Positions 1-11,731 of a stretch of DNA of 64,000 nucleotides are shown one piece after another (position 1 is the stretch's first letter; each line of letters starts with the position of its first letter). The notes beneath the pieces were generated by a model. It did not search any database, was not told where the DNA came from, and saw only the letters and a list, made by a program, of their open reading frames with translations. Where the stretch lies: the NCBI GenBank assembly GCA_000182565.2, contig KQ257463.1, one strand, 5' to 3'. The DNA comes from Spizellomyces punctatus DAOM BR117. Its lineage: Eukaryota. Both the position numbers and the translations under genes were made by a program.

Positions 1-1
1 C

Positions 2-343
2 TCGCCAACAACCCTCGCATGCGTCCGCCCACACGTCCTGGCCGAAAAACTCGCGGAACAACTTCCTTTTCCAACCATAGACCGTAAACCTGTTCCGCAT
101 ACCATTGCAAAATCCAAACCCGTCCTTCCCTCCGGAGTTACACTATCCGAATCCGAGCCGCATGGAAATGGTTTTGTCGAACCCGCCGTTGTGGTATCCC
201 AGCGGGGCAGGTTCACCGTCATCAGAGAACATAGTACTCATTGGAGACCGAGACAGACATTAACAAGAGAAAGTCGCTTCACAGTCGTTCGAGATGATCA
301 CGATACGAGTCAAAAAAAGGACAGTCCTCCTATCGGTGATTGA
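2..343 (+). CDS. 3' end of a gene entering from the left edge; disordered tail with two RFxV motifs
   Basis: Frame 2 is open from base 2 to TGA at 341-343 (SPTTLACVRP...SQRGRFTVIREH...ESRFTVVRDDHDTSQKKDSPPIGD*), followed by AT-rich 3'UTR-like sequence. Missing from the ORF track because it has no start codon in the window. Confidence 0.6.
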   Translation, partial: SPTTLACVRPHVLAEKLAEQLPFPTIDRKPVPHTIAKSKPVLPSGVTLSESEPHGNGFVEPAVVVSQRGRFTVIREHSTHWRPRQTLTRESRFTVVRDDHDTSQKKDSPPIGD

Positions 344-1764
344 GGAAAATCCATCTTTTTTTTGTATGTTGCTTCATGTTATGGTGGAAACCGAATTCCG
401 TTTTTTGTGAATTATACCAATGTATATAGTTATATCCTTGTTGTATCTAGCAGCAAGATGCTCAACTCAAAGTACCTCATGCGTTATTTCATAGTGATTT
501 TTTTTCTTTTTTTGGAAATTACATTTGCTTTTTCGCATGCTAATACATCATTGACCTGGTTTTTGCATATTGTACTTTGCTGGGTCTCGCTAAAAGGGCC
601 TTTTTCAGAATCCCTTCTTGCGACCTTTTTGATTCCGATTGTATTTAGTTCCAGCAACGATGATAGTTCAAAATTAAAAAGTATTTTGAACCATCATCTC
701 ATTTGACAAGCAAAGGCTCTCAGCAGACCATCGTTGTTGGACAAACAAGCCATGCGAGACGGGATTGTCGGGTTGATCGGAGACTGGGGAGCGCGCAGAG
801 ATCACCATCTGGTCACCAAGGCATGAAATTGACCGCTGCGTTTTACAATTACGGGCAATTTATTGGAAGCTGGCTCATGGCGAGTTACCTTTGCAGCATA
901 ACCTTTTTTTGCGAGTGATGTTGCATGTTGAACAGATCCATCTCATCGTTTGGTGATCCTGGTGCACAAGAACCCATTTGAACAAAAACCCAAAGCCAAG
1001 GATAACACAAATTGTTGGCCAACCAATTCAAGATGCCCTTGTGTATTGAGGACATTTGCCTGGTCGTCGTCGTTCATCCCATTCACCAACGGCCAAACAC
1101 AATTGTCCATTCAAACGCTTTGAAACGCCGTGGTCGTCGTTTCGTTCAAAACACCTCCTTCATTAATAAGAAATGGGTGGACGTTTTCCGCCGCGGGCCG
1201 CCGCCCAAGAAATTCCAAAACGGCAGAAAAAGCCCTCCGATAAGAACGTCACACACAAATATTGCCATAGCAACAAGGACATAGCCTCACACGTGATATA
1301 CTGCGCAGTGATTTGGAGAATTGTCACACTTTTCAAGCTTGAATTCCTTTTCAACTTCAGACTTTGATGGCGGTTTTTTTTCCTCCCGGTTTTTTTTTAT
1401 TTTGATTTTTTATTTTCAGAACGAGTTTGGTTTGCAAGTCCTTTTGAGGCGAGAACGATTTGAGAGAGTGTGTTTTGTTTGCTTCTCTTTTGGCCGTCCG
1501 TCCATTCATCCAAATCGCACACTCGGACGGAGCCTACGGAGGAGTTGTTGCACAACCTGTCAAGGGTGACAACGCACAAACGACCGAATAGCCCCATCCG
1601 CTCAGGCCGTAAACCAGGAACTCGTCCCGCGGAGACACTTATAATACTGCCCGTTGGTCTCCATTTTTCCTCGGCCGTGTTGACAGCCGAGGTTCATGCA
1701 GCCGAACCCGCTATTTGCAGGACATTGTTACCTACACGACAAACACGTACACGCTAAGCTTGAG

Positions 1765-3727
1765 ATGAGCGTGCAGAGTATAGGAGAGAGCGCGGCAGTG
1801 CTGGATCAGTTTTTGGGGAATCGACCGGAGGTAAGGGGGCTTTAGCGATGCGCATGGAATTTGTCATCATTGGGGTTTTTCTTTCCAGTTGGCTCAGACT
1901 ATATTTTCTTTTGCTTTTGGTTAGACTCATTTCGGACTAGGGGAAAATTCGTACTTGAATGTCCATGTCCAAGAGGCGGTGATGTGCTCACCTGCCTTTG
2001 AATCGCAGCAACGAGACATCGACGTGTCGTCCATGAACGGGACGGAAGGTATGATTCCGCCTCCTGTGGCGCCTATGGCTTTAGGCAGCTGGTACGATGG
2101 CTCAAAGGGACAGGCTTTATCCTTGGATGAGTTTGACCTTGGATCCACTGATGAAATTTCGGTTGGATTGAGCGGAAACGAGACGGGCGACTTGACAGCG
2201 TTGCTCGGCACCAACATGTCTGTCAACCACAGCGGTAGTTTGACAATGTTTGAACAATTGATCATGTCGCCGCCAACGTACACGACTCCTCCCGTCACTT
2301 CTCCTCCGCAAGTCGCCCAACGGCAACGCAGCTTCCCATCCCCTTACCCAGGCATGTACGCATCTCCCGCTATCAACATTGTCACACCAGAGTCGACTAT
2401 TATTTCTACACCGTACCAAAACTTTACACCAGATCCTGTTTTTTCCATGGATTCTCTGTTGAATGAACTGGCCTCTCCTGCTGCCGCTTGTATGCCACCT
2501 AGTCAACCATCGACAAACAGTCCCGTTTTATCGTTGCTCGATGAGCTTGAGTCAGAGCTCAAGTATTTGCATACCCACGACACACATGATACAAGATCGA
2601 TAACGGGATTCATGAGTAGTGCGGTCTCACCTTTCGCTCCTCCAGTGACGGAACCCACAGTGAATCCCCAGTCGTCTGGATCGGAACACGATGTGGCAAT
2701 GAATAAATTGATGCGCGCCCTCTCGATTGTTCGAGCTCGGCGCAACGCTCGTTCGAGCGATCCGCAAAGTTCTCATCCGACACCTCCGGTGGATCCCGTC
2801 GTTCCAAACACCAGTTTCGTGTCAGAATCTGGACAATGGTCAATCGATTTGAGCCCTCCGATACAAGGGCCTGTATCTAACGAGGTGGAAAACAGCGCAT
2901 TCAACACGCTCTTGGCCCCACTTTCATACGATGCCTTGAAGCACGCTTCGGAATCGGCAAATGATCTTAATCAACAGCAGCCGCAGCCGTCACATCCGGT
3001 GCCATACCCTACACCGTCGGAAAGTTCCCCTTACCCAGCCCAGTTTGCGTCCCCGGCCGCTTCACCGGCTCTTCCTGCATTTCTTTCCCCGCATCCAGCG
3101 GCCACTTCCCCGGCAATCCACTTTTTGTCTCCCTACTCTACGACAGTGTCTCCTGCAACCACTTTTTTCTCGCCCTACTCTACGACAACTTCACCAGCCG
3201 GATCACCCTTCACGCCATTCGACGAAGGAAGCTACGAAGCAGACGGTGTGAATGGTATACTCAATCTGCTCAACAACTCTGCTACTGGCGGATACCCGGA
3301 AACAGACACGCTTACCGGGACCTCACCCCGCAACCCTTCCCCACCATCCACCAATCCTCTCATTACAACCCGCCGCAAGTCCAACACCAACCATACATCC
3401 ACGCGTCACAGCCCCTCTCAAAAGACATTCAAGTGCACCCATGAGGGATGCGGAAAAGTCTTTACGAGAATGTATAATCTCAAATCTCACGCAAAGGCAC
3501 ATACAGGTGAACGACCCTACGCCTGTCCAGCTTGTCCAATCACCTTTTTGCGCAAACATGATATGCGGAGACACTATGCTTCGTTACATGACACGGAGAA
3601 AGCATATCGGTGTCCAAATTGTGGGAGTGGGTTCGCGCGTACGGATGCGCTGAAACGACATATGGAAGTTGAGTCGCGTATGGGGATGCGAGGTGGGTCT
3701 GTGCAGGAGGGTATGCATTTGGGGTGA
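1765..3727 (+). CDS. C2H2 zinc-finger transcription factor, Crz1/CrzA-like
   Basis: Model join(1765..1830,1925..3727) with an in-frame GTAAGG..TTAG intron. Three C-terminal fingers (FKCTHEGCGKVFTRMYNLKSHAKAHTGERPY; FLRKHDMRRHYASLH; CGSGFARTDALKRH) carry the Crz1-type signature. N-terminus is S/P-rich with a PAINIV docking-like motif. Confidence 0.8.
3080..3205 (+). repeat. 3 x 42-bp imperfect coding tandem repeat (FLSPHPAATSPAIH / FLSPYSTTVSPATT / FFSPYSTTTSPAGS)
   Basis: Units at 3080-3121, 3122-3163 and 3164-3205; units 2 and 3 share CCCTACTCTACGACA. Confidence 0.85.
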
Positions 3728-5454
3728 TGTTGTGTTCTTTTGAGACTTCTGGTGTATATAATTGCCTGAGAATGGCGGAAATCTTTATTTTGCATGTTTT
3801 ATTGCAAGCGTAGGGTTTGCTTTGTTTGCTTTGTTCTGCGGCTTTTTCATTTTATGTAAATACCATTGATATATATTTTTTTTATATATGTTTGGGGGTT
3901 TTTCTGCTTTTAAACGTTGGAAATGTCTTGTTTGCTCTGCTGGTCCTACAGAGTTTATGCTATTCCACATATCCAGGTTTGTTTATTGAATCGCGTGCAT
4001 TCAAGAGTTCATGACACTAGCATTTTTTGGCCAAAAAGAACGGGACCATATCATCATGATTGACTCTTTTCCCTTTCCTTTTGTTTATTATTTTGCTGGG
4101 ATGCCCATCGAGTGTAAGACGACGTGGTGAATCTGCTCACGCCAATATCAAAAACCACAATATGGATACCCCACTCTGTTTCCCTTTGGCAGATGTTGGG
4201 ACTAGTAAAAACTACAAGTTGTAAATAACTCTCTCTTGAGCGGGATCGTTCATCATCTCCAAGAAACGCATCGCAAGCAATATTGTATGTGGAAAACATT
4301 TAGATTTCGTTCTTGTTTATTCGGTTGTCATCAAAGTACGGATATTCCCCTTTGCCAACGTTCGAATATCTATAATGGACTTTTTGTGCCCTGCTCTGAA
4401 GGGTGAAAGTCTGATATTGTTATATTTCTGGATTGGATTTTATACTTTTTGGTAACTTTTCGATCTGCGTAAATGTAGAGGTTCCAGAAATTCTTAAAAA
4501 CGAGTAAAGGACACAGATTGCAGCCCATTTGCATTAACGATGTTTTGTATTTTTGCGGGTCACTATTCTCCAAGAGCACTATCCTGGTGGGATGAATGGC
4601 TGTGGGGTACCAGTCACTTGTTCCATCCACTGTAAGCGTAAAATATTGGAACAGCAGTGTTTCGACCATTCTTTTTAGTGCATCTTTTGAGTAGCGTTTG
4701 GAAAAAGGAACTACTAGGGGAGTCACAACAAAAAACAATACAAGTACAGTTTTGGCACTTTATATTTTCCAGAAAACTGTTGAGTTTGGGCGAGAGAAAT
4801 TCCTGATGGTGTCGGGGAGGGTTCTTTTACTGTGAGGGAATAAAAACTATTTTCGTCATGGAGTTTTTTTTTGTTTGGGATGGTTTTTCATTCTGCGACT
4901 TTGTGCTATTAGATAGATACTTGCTTTCGGGAATCGCAACAACGGGTAATGGAGTTGATAAAGCCCATTATAACTGGAGGGGTCTTTTAAAAGATGGGGG
5001 TGCGGATCGTCTTTGGTTCTGTGCGTATCAAGGTCATTTCCACCCTCTTGCAAAGACCGGGATTTGCCGAGTAAAGCAACCTTTTTGGGTTTTTGCTGTT
5101 CATGTTATAGATGGGATATCTGGCTGTCATGTTTGAGTGCCTTTGTCGGGTTTTGCTTTGTCTTGTAAGGTAAGCATTATCTTTTTACACTGTGTGTGAG
5201 GTCAGAATGGCAACTTTCAACGGATGGGTGTGTTCGGACGCGTTCGGACAAGGATCGTACGATCGTTCGTCGTTGAAATTTCAAAAGAACACCGTTTTTT
5301 TTTTGATTTTTTGTGTTTATGAAATGACGATGGTTAAGAGTTTGCCGTTCGCTCAGCACCCAAAAAAAAAATAAAAGTCGTAAGTCAAAAGTTCCTTCGC
5401 CCGTATTTCCAAAGGAAAACAGAAAACGATATCATCAAAAACCCGGGATTCCAC

Positions 5455-5480
5455 CAACAAACAAACAAACAAACAAACAA
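5455..5480. repeat. (CAAA)n microsatellite just upstream of the TMEM97 ATG
   Basis: caacaaacaaacaaacaaacaaacaa read directly. Confidence 0.9.
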
Positions 5481-5507
5481 GCCAAAACCCTCTTTCAAAG
5501 GAAAGCA

Positions 5508-5993
5508 ATGACGACCCTCCGTCCCCTCTTTATCCTCTACTTTCTCATCCACATCCCAAGCACACTTTTAATCAGTCTTCAAGGCGTATTTCCAACTTTG
5601 GACCTCCCCCCCTTTTTCCGGGAGTCGCTAGCAGGCTGGATCGAATCCTCTCAAGACCCCTTCCTGACGCCTCTATTGAAAACTGGGAGGGTCGAGCCAT
5701 GGTTTTGGGGTATCATTGTCTGTGAGCTGTTTTTCCAACTTCCTTTGGAATCGTGGTTGTTGGTCAAGGTTTGGCAGAAAGAGTGGGATAGGATTCGAGT
5801 GTGGGCGGTTGTTTATGCTGTTCATGTCGTTACGACCATGGTTCCGATTCTGGTGGTGTTGAAGGAGGCGGATGTGGAGAATAAGTGGGTGTTGTGGGGG
5901 AGTTATGTGCCGTTTTTGATCTTGCCTGCGTTGTTTGGGTGGGCGGTTGGGTTGGGTGGTCAGAGCAACGTGCGGAAAGTAAAGAGGGGATAA
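5508..5993 (+). CDS. EXPERA-domain membrane protein, TMEM97/sigma-2 receptor-like
   Basis: 161 aa, single exon, four hydrophobic helices; motifs YFLIHIP, DPFL, PWF..IVCELFFQLP, YAVHVVTTMVP, YVPFLILP; C-terminal KVKRG ER-retrieval-like tail. Confidence 0.85.
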   Translation: MTTLRPLFILYFLIHIPSTLLISLQGVFPTLDLPPFFRESLAGWIESSQDPFLTPLLKTGRVEPWFWGIIVCELFFQLPLESWLLVKVWQKEWDRIRVWAVVYAVHVVTTMVPILVVLKEADVENKWVLWGSYVPFLILPALFGWAVGLGGQSNVRKVKRG

Positions 5994-6210
5994 GAAGGGG
6001 GTTTTAAAGATATTAGTGGTATTTGTCGGCAGAATAGTGATGGATAGAGTATGGCATTTACAGTTTGTCAACATGTAGCGACCCAAAAAAAAAGAACCGG
6101 GGCAACCCTACATCTACATACCGCTATTTACAACAAACGAAACCGCACCCCGCAAATAATTACATTGGCCACTTACAGAGCTACAAACGATGGGAGAAGA
6201 GCATCAATGA

Positions 6211-8794
6211 CTACATGATACAACACTCCACATCCCCTCCCTCCCCTCTCAATTCCGCCAACGCCTCTGCAACCATCCGAAAACTAACCACTCCACCCAT
6301 CTCACACTTTCGCTGCTCATTATCTCTTATCACCTGGTCCATAGAGGATAAGAGAGAAGATGAAGGAGGGAGGGTACCCATCGGTCCTCTGGTCATGAAA
6401 TGAGAAAACGGGACCAATTTTTCTTCATTGGGGACAGGTATAGTGGATGGAAGACCATCAGATGGGTAGACGGGTTCAAAAATCTTGACTGTTTGATCAA
6501 TCCCGCTGACGCCCAAGACGGGCATAAAAGGGTGCTGAGCGACCACGTTGACGACTTCGGCGTCCGCACGGAGGATTTGGATGATGCGAGTTGTTTGCTT
6601 GTCCCAGATAAAAACGGTGCCGTCGTCGGATCCGGAGGCAATGTACTTGTCTGAGGAGAGAAAGGTTGCGTCTTTGATGGTTTGGATGTTGGCATGGCCT
6701 TTGTAGGTTTTGGATGGGGTGATGATGGGGACTGTAGAGTATGCTACGTGGGTGTGGGTAGTGGTGAGAGTCGTGGGTTCCTCATCGGATGTCCATATGG
6801 AATCAACGTCACTGTTGCTTGAGGCGGCTTGTGAATGTTCTGAACTCTCTGGTGGCCGCTCGCTTTCGCTATTGTCATTGTCATCGGAACTAGTAATCCA
6901 TTTTTCGCACCACCGAATCCAATCTTCAGTATCAAACTCTGCACCCATGCATCTCTCAATCCCTTGGACGCACTCTCTAAACCCGTTACCCTCCTGAACG
7001 CCTTGCAATTCTTTCAGGGCCTCACGCGCATGCTCTATTCGTGCGTCAGTTGAATCTGCCAAAACCGCTAAACCCCATTGTGAAACGGCGCGAAAGATAT
7101 GGCAGGAGGGCATCGCATCAGTAAGGATGAGGAACCGAGTCATGTCCCTGGCCGCGTGCTGAAGACACTCGACAGCGGTCATGGAGTTCAAGTCGGGAGT
7201 CAGAGTGTCACTACCTTCCGGCTCCGTCTGCGACTCAGCTTCACCGTGGGTGGATGCCCGTTTTCGTTTTCGAGGGCGCTGCGAGGTTTGTATCTTGCTG
7301 ATGGTGTAAAGAAGCCACGCCTTTGCGCGTTGTCGATACAGTCTTGCCCGCTCAGCAGTCCTTGTCTTTCGCCCAACTGGAGAGTTTAAGCTTGCCCGCA
7401 GGTTATAATCTTTTACCAGTGATGTTGCGGATTCAATGACAGATGGAATATCCGAATTGGCAAATCCTGTCCGAATGCGGGTTTCAAGTGACTGAATAGT
7501 TTCGGCTGGGAGGAGTGATACCGCATCGTCCTCGTCATCCTCCTCGTCTGTGCCTGGTTGTTCTTCTTCAAGCGCTTTTGAGGTTTCTGCTTGTTCTTTT
7601 TTATCCAAATGACTCCCATGATCCTTCATTCGTCCTCTCCCCAATCCGTTTCTGACCGCATTTCCATTCCAACCTTGATACTCCACCCCCTCAACATCAA
7701 ATAAGCATACATCTCCACCACTCCAACTTCCAATCAACTCTCGAGCACTATCTGCAAACTTTGCTGCTGTGACATGTTCATGAGGCTGTACTTGGCCGTC
7801 TGGGGCAAACCGTCTAATACAGTTGGTGGGAAAACGCCTGTCATGCATGTACAAGTATGGATTGTCCCCAGCAACGACGAAACGGTTCAGGTTGATTGGG
7901 TCTATCGAAATGCTGTTGAGTGAGATGTGGTACGGCGCAAAGTTTACCAGAGGTGGGGCGCATGGCTGATCGGGTGAGCACAGGTGAGGGACTCGGAGGT
8001 CAAATTGACGGACCGAACCTGCGACAGGAGATATTATCCATTAGATCTGCACATTCTTCAAATCGAAACTCCAAGCACACAATGCCAAACCCACCATCCT
8101 CAGCACATGTTAAAAACACATTGCTATCCACAGGCAACACTCTCTTTACCCTATCTCTATGACAACCATATACAGCCCTGATGGTTCCTCGTTCCCGTCC
8201 ATCCCCCAAAAACAGATCCAAAACCCTCACATCCCCATCTCCAGCACAACACACTGCAATCGAGCTCGATGTTCCCGGCATGAATTTGGCAGAAAAAATG
8301 TTTGCACGGTGTCGAGTTGGGATACGAGCTAGGAGGGTTGTTGGAGACGGGGAGGTGGCGGAAAAGCATGGACCAGGGCTGTAGGACCATAGACCGAGGT
8401 GTGTGTCGTCAGAACCAGACAAGAGGTACTGTCCATCGTCTGACCAACAAACTGTGTTGACGCAGCCTGTGTGGGAATTGAGGACTTGGGAAAGGGTGAG
8501 GCGGTCGATAAGGCTTTTGGACGCTTTGGACTGGGTGCCTGTGCAAAACAAGTATGAACAGTATTGTTGTCAGTAAAAAGGTTCTCTGCATTGTCAACTG
8601 TCACCATTACATTACGTACGGTAGACCAACGGGCTATTAAGCCTATACAGCCCTAGCTCACGTTCCTTGATGGAAATATACATTCGAGATGCGTTTCAAT
8701 TGCAGCAGAGCGTTACCTCGGGAGGCAAAATGGGAGGTTTGCTTTTAAAACCTTCCAAACTGTCGACGGGTAACTCTTTGTTCGCGTCAGCCAT
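6211..8794 (-). CDS. WD40 + TPR DCAF protein (WDTC1/Adipose, DCAF6/8 family)
   Basis: Four exons from MADANKELP..ERELG. Motifs HTGCVNTVCWSDDGQYLLSGSDD, HRANIFSAKFMP, HRDRVK, YKGHANIQTIKDATF, SGSDDG..FIWDK, ADAEVVN..HP...SGID. Internal TPR-like insert (LYRQRAKAW..AARD). Ends in CCIM. Confidence 0.85.
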
Positions 8795-9728
8795 GGCCAG
8801 ACGCGCGTTTCCGTCCCCCAGCGGCCCTTTGCGGGGGGTTCAGAGACCGGAAGCAGTTGGTAAGCGACCATGACGGCGGGGAGCAGAAAGGGAAGGCTCA
8901 GCAGTAGGAAAAAAACGACGAAAACAAGGGCAAATCGCTGATTTTTAGACCAAAAGGATCTTGCGAAATCCCTCAAATTAATTTCAAAGCCCAGATGTCA
9001 TCATCATCGGAGTCCCTTCTCGTTGTCCTCTGCTGGAATGAAAGCCAGGGCAAGTGTTACTTTGGGGATGGGTTGATCAGTGACTCCTATAGCTGAGAAA
9101 CGTTGGGAGGGGGTAGGCGATAAGCTCGACGGAAACAAGACCGCGGTAGGTTGGGAGCTGGGACACAGGGCGACGTAAACGGCTGGGGCTTTATCTGATG
9201 TCAATACCCTTTTTGAACAACGGTTGCACTTGCCAAAATCTAAAGGGACTTTTTTGTCTGCAACCTGAGATTTCCACTCAAAGGAAATAACCAACGTCTC
9301 ACGCACACATCAAGCATGTGGACAAGGATCGCCGTCGTTGACCAAAACCAATGGGAGGCAGTCAGAACGCATAGCAAGCCAGTAGGGGTTTTGGTATTGC
9401 TGAACTCTCCAGAAACTTACAAAAAGCGAAAAACACACTAGTAAAACCAAAAACCAGAAGCCAACAGCTCAAGTCAAAAACATATGTAAAACTAGCAAGC
9501 ATCCTTTGCAATCGAAAAGAAATCCTTCTTCTTTTTGCATGTATTCTGAACAATTTCCGGTTTTTGAAAAAAACCCATACAAAAAAAAAACACTAGCAAC
9601 TTGCTCCAACAAAACAAAATAGAGCACACACATTAACGGCCTACGGCATATTCCTAGAAAATGGTCCATCTGTCAATGGGAGGTATGGGACGTAGGACAA
9701 CACTCAAAACTCACCTGATAACCACTGT

Positions 9729-10246
9729 TTACTTGACCCTGTTGGGGTTCTCGGGGGCGTTTTTCCAGTGTGATGCAGCAACCTTGAAAGCTTCCTTGTG
9801 CGCAATGCCAGGGTTGTCTGCCTTGACCTTGGCCAGCTCCGTCTGTACACGCACAAACACACACACAATAGACCCAGTAAGCCTTCAACCCAGACGCGCA
9901 CCGTCCCACTTGCCAAACACATTACATACCTTCATGAACTGGTTGTAGGGAGAGGCTCCACGCTTGCCGCCTAGTAAAAAGCAGAAAGGTCAGCACCAAG
10001 TCCAACAAGCAGCAAGCAGCTTCCAACGACAAAGGAAAGCGCGACACGGGCACAGTCACAGGAGGCCGCAGCAAGACCCACGTAAGAAACGCCAGCTACT
10101 CGACACCGAAAAGCAAAAGATGATCTTGACGTAGGCGATTGCCTCGTCCACTTGTTGCCCTCCTGTCTAGTTCCAAACAATGGCAAAAACTCACCTGTAG
10201 CCTTTTTGGTAGCAGCGGCAGGTTTGTCACTCTTTGCCTTGGGCAT
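9729..10246 (-). CDS. Small single HMG-box-like (YABBY C-terminal type) DNA-binding protein, about 70 aa
   Basis: Three exons splice to MPKAKSDKPAAATKKATGGKRGASPYNQFMKTELAKVKADNPGIAHKEAFKVAASHWKNAPENPNRVK*. SPYNxFMK..E..K..NP.I.HKEAF..AA..W is the YABBY/HMG signature. Confidence 0.85.
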
Positions 10247-11731
10247 GATGGATATAAGGTGTATGTGGTGGGTTTACTTGAACGATAAGGGACAAAATGT
10301 GATGGAATGCGGGCTTTTCAAGCACAATCCGATAGACAAGAAGGATAACGACGACGACGACGATGAAAAACGACGACGAATTCCCAGTAGCTAAAAAAAA
10401 AATCGCAAGACCAAGAAGGACGGGGGGGGAATAGCAAGAGGGTCCTCTATATGTGAAAGGCGGGGGGGGGGTCCCACAATAAGGAAAACACACATCATAA
10501 GACTATTATTAGAGTGGTTTAGTGACTGTACAATGGCACAGTACACAATTACATGACTATGCCATTGCACTAGTAACGCAACCAATCAATTAAAAGAAAC
10601 GCGTTCCTTTTGGCCATTCAGGCGGAGTTTTTATAGGAAGGGTTCGATTCGCGCTAGAGTACTAGGATGGGTTTTTTTGTTGAGAGTGTTCCTCCCCCGC
10701 CACTAATAACTTTTTGAACATAGCGCCCCACCTCATACAATTCGTGTTTTATGGCAGCAAGGGCTCTTGTTTTTCCTTTTACAGATGGGAATGACGACTG
10801 ACGACTGTTGGCGGGGGGAATCTGACACACACACAAGAGTTGGAAGTTGGTGGAACTAGACAAGAGAGATTTCAACAACGACTCTCGAATCACTCCACAG
10901 CTGATGGTCAGGAATGCCTCTGTGCGAATCGCAAATGCAAGGTATTTTATCTCGTCCTCTTCCTCCTGCCTTCTCATCTTCCTAATGAGATATTCCAAGA
11001 ACACTCGTCATTCTATCATAGAAAACTTTCGCAATTCTAATCAAGAAAGCCAAGAAGAAGAAATCAATTAGAACACATGCAATAGGGGCTTAGTAGCGCG
11101 TTTCTTGCACGGTCTTCCGTCTTGGTCTACTCGGGAACTTTCTTGTTCTTCTTGGCATATTGCTCCCTAACTTGCAGATGTGTTTTCCTTCCCAACTGTT
11201 TTGATTTGGTGAATTGATTTTGATTGATGGTTTTGGAATTCCACCCTTGGATGCCACAGGTTAATAACGCGGGGTCAATGAGTGGGATGGAGGGCGGGAA
11301 GAATGGCTGTCTGGTGGCTGTTTTTCATTCCTTTTGGATTCTCCTGTTGGGCAAGCTTAAAAAGAAAGCCATGAGCTTATCGATTTCGTGCGTGTTTACC
11401 GCATCGTTTGGGAGGTTGGGGACGACGGAGGTTCGTCTTTTATTTTTTTTTTAACGCGGTCTCTCTCCTCCGACTAGATGGGGCAATAGCCAAGACTTTC
11501 TATTGATTAGCAACTAGTAGCAAATCTTTAAAACTTTGTTGGGGATTCAGAGTATTTTGGATTGTATTCTACAAAAGAGAGAGAGCTCCCAGAATTCCGC
11601 TTTCTTTGGAGCCCAGAGTTTGCTAAAGAAAAGAGCCCATCAGGCTGTCCATAGCTTTTGTTGCGACGCATCTCTCGCTTTGTACATTTCTCTGGTTTCT
11701 AGTTGCTTTTTGGTCAAAAGCTCGCTCCACT

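Noticed and set aside
4054-5374. Short ORFs in the AT-rich spacer (e.g. 4370..4738 minus)
   Set aside because: Non-ATG starts, no motifs, composition like intergenic DNA.
9972-10194. Long HMG-gene intron as a snoRNA host
   Set aside because: No C box (RTGATGA) or clear H/ACA layout on the transcribed strand.
10600-10670. GGTTCGATTC tRNA T-loop / B-box-like motif
   Set aside because: No T-stem pairing, acceptor stem or anticodon arm around it.
10654-11071. Overlapping 66-116 aa ORFs between the HMG and SulP genes
   Set aside because: Non-ATG starts and no recognisable domain; likely promoter DNA.
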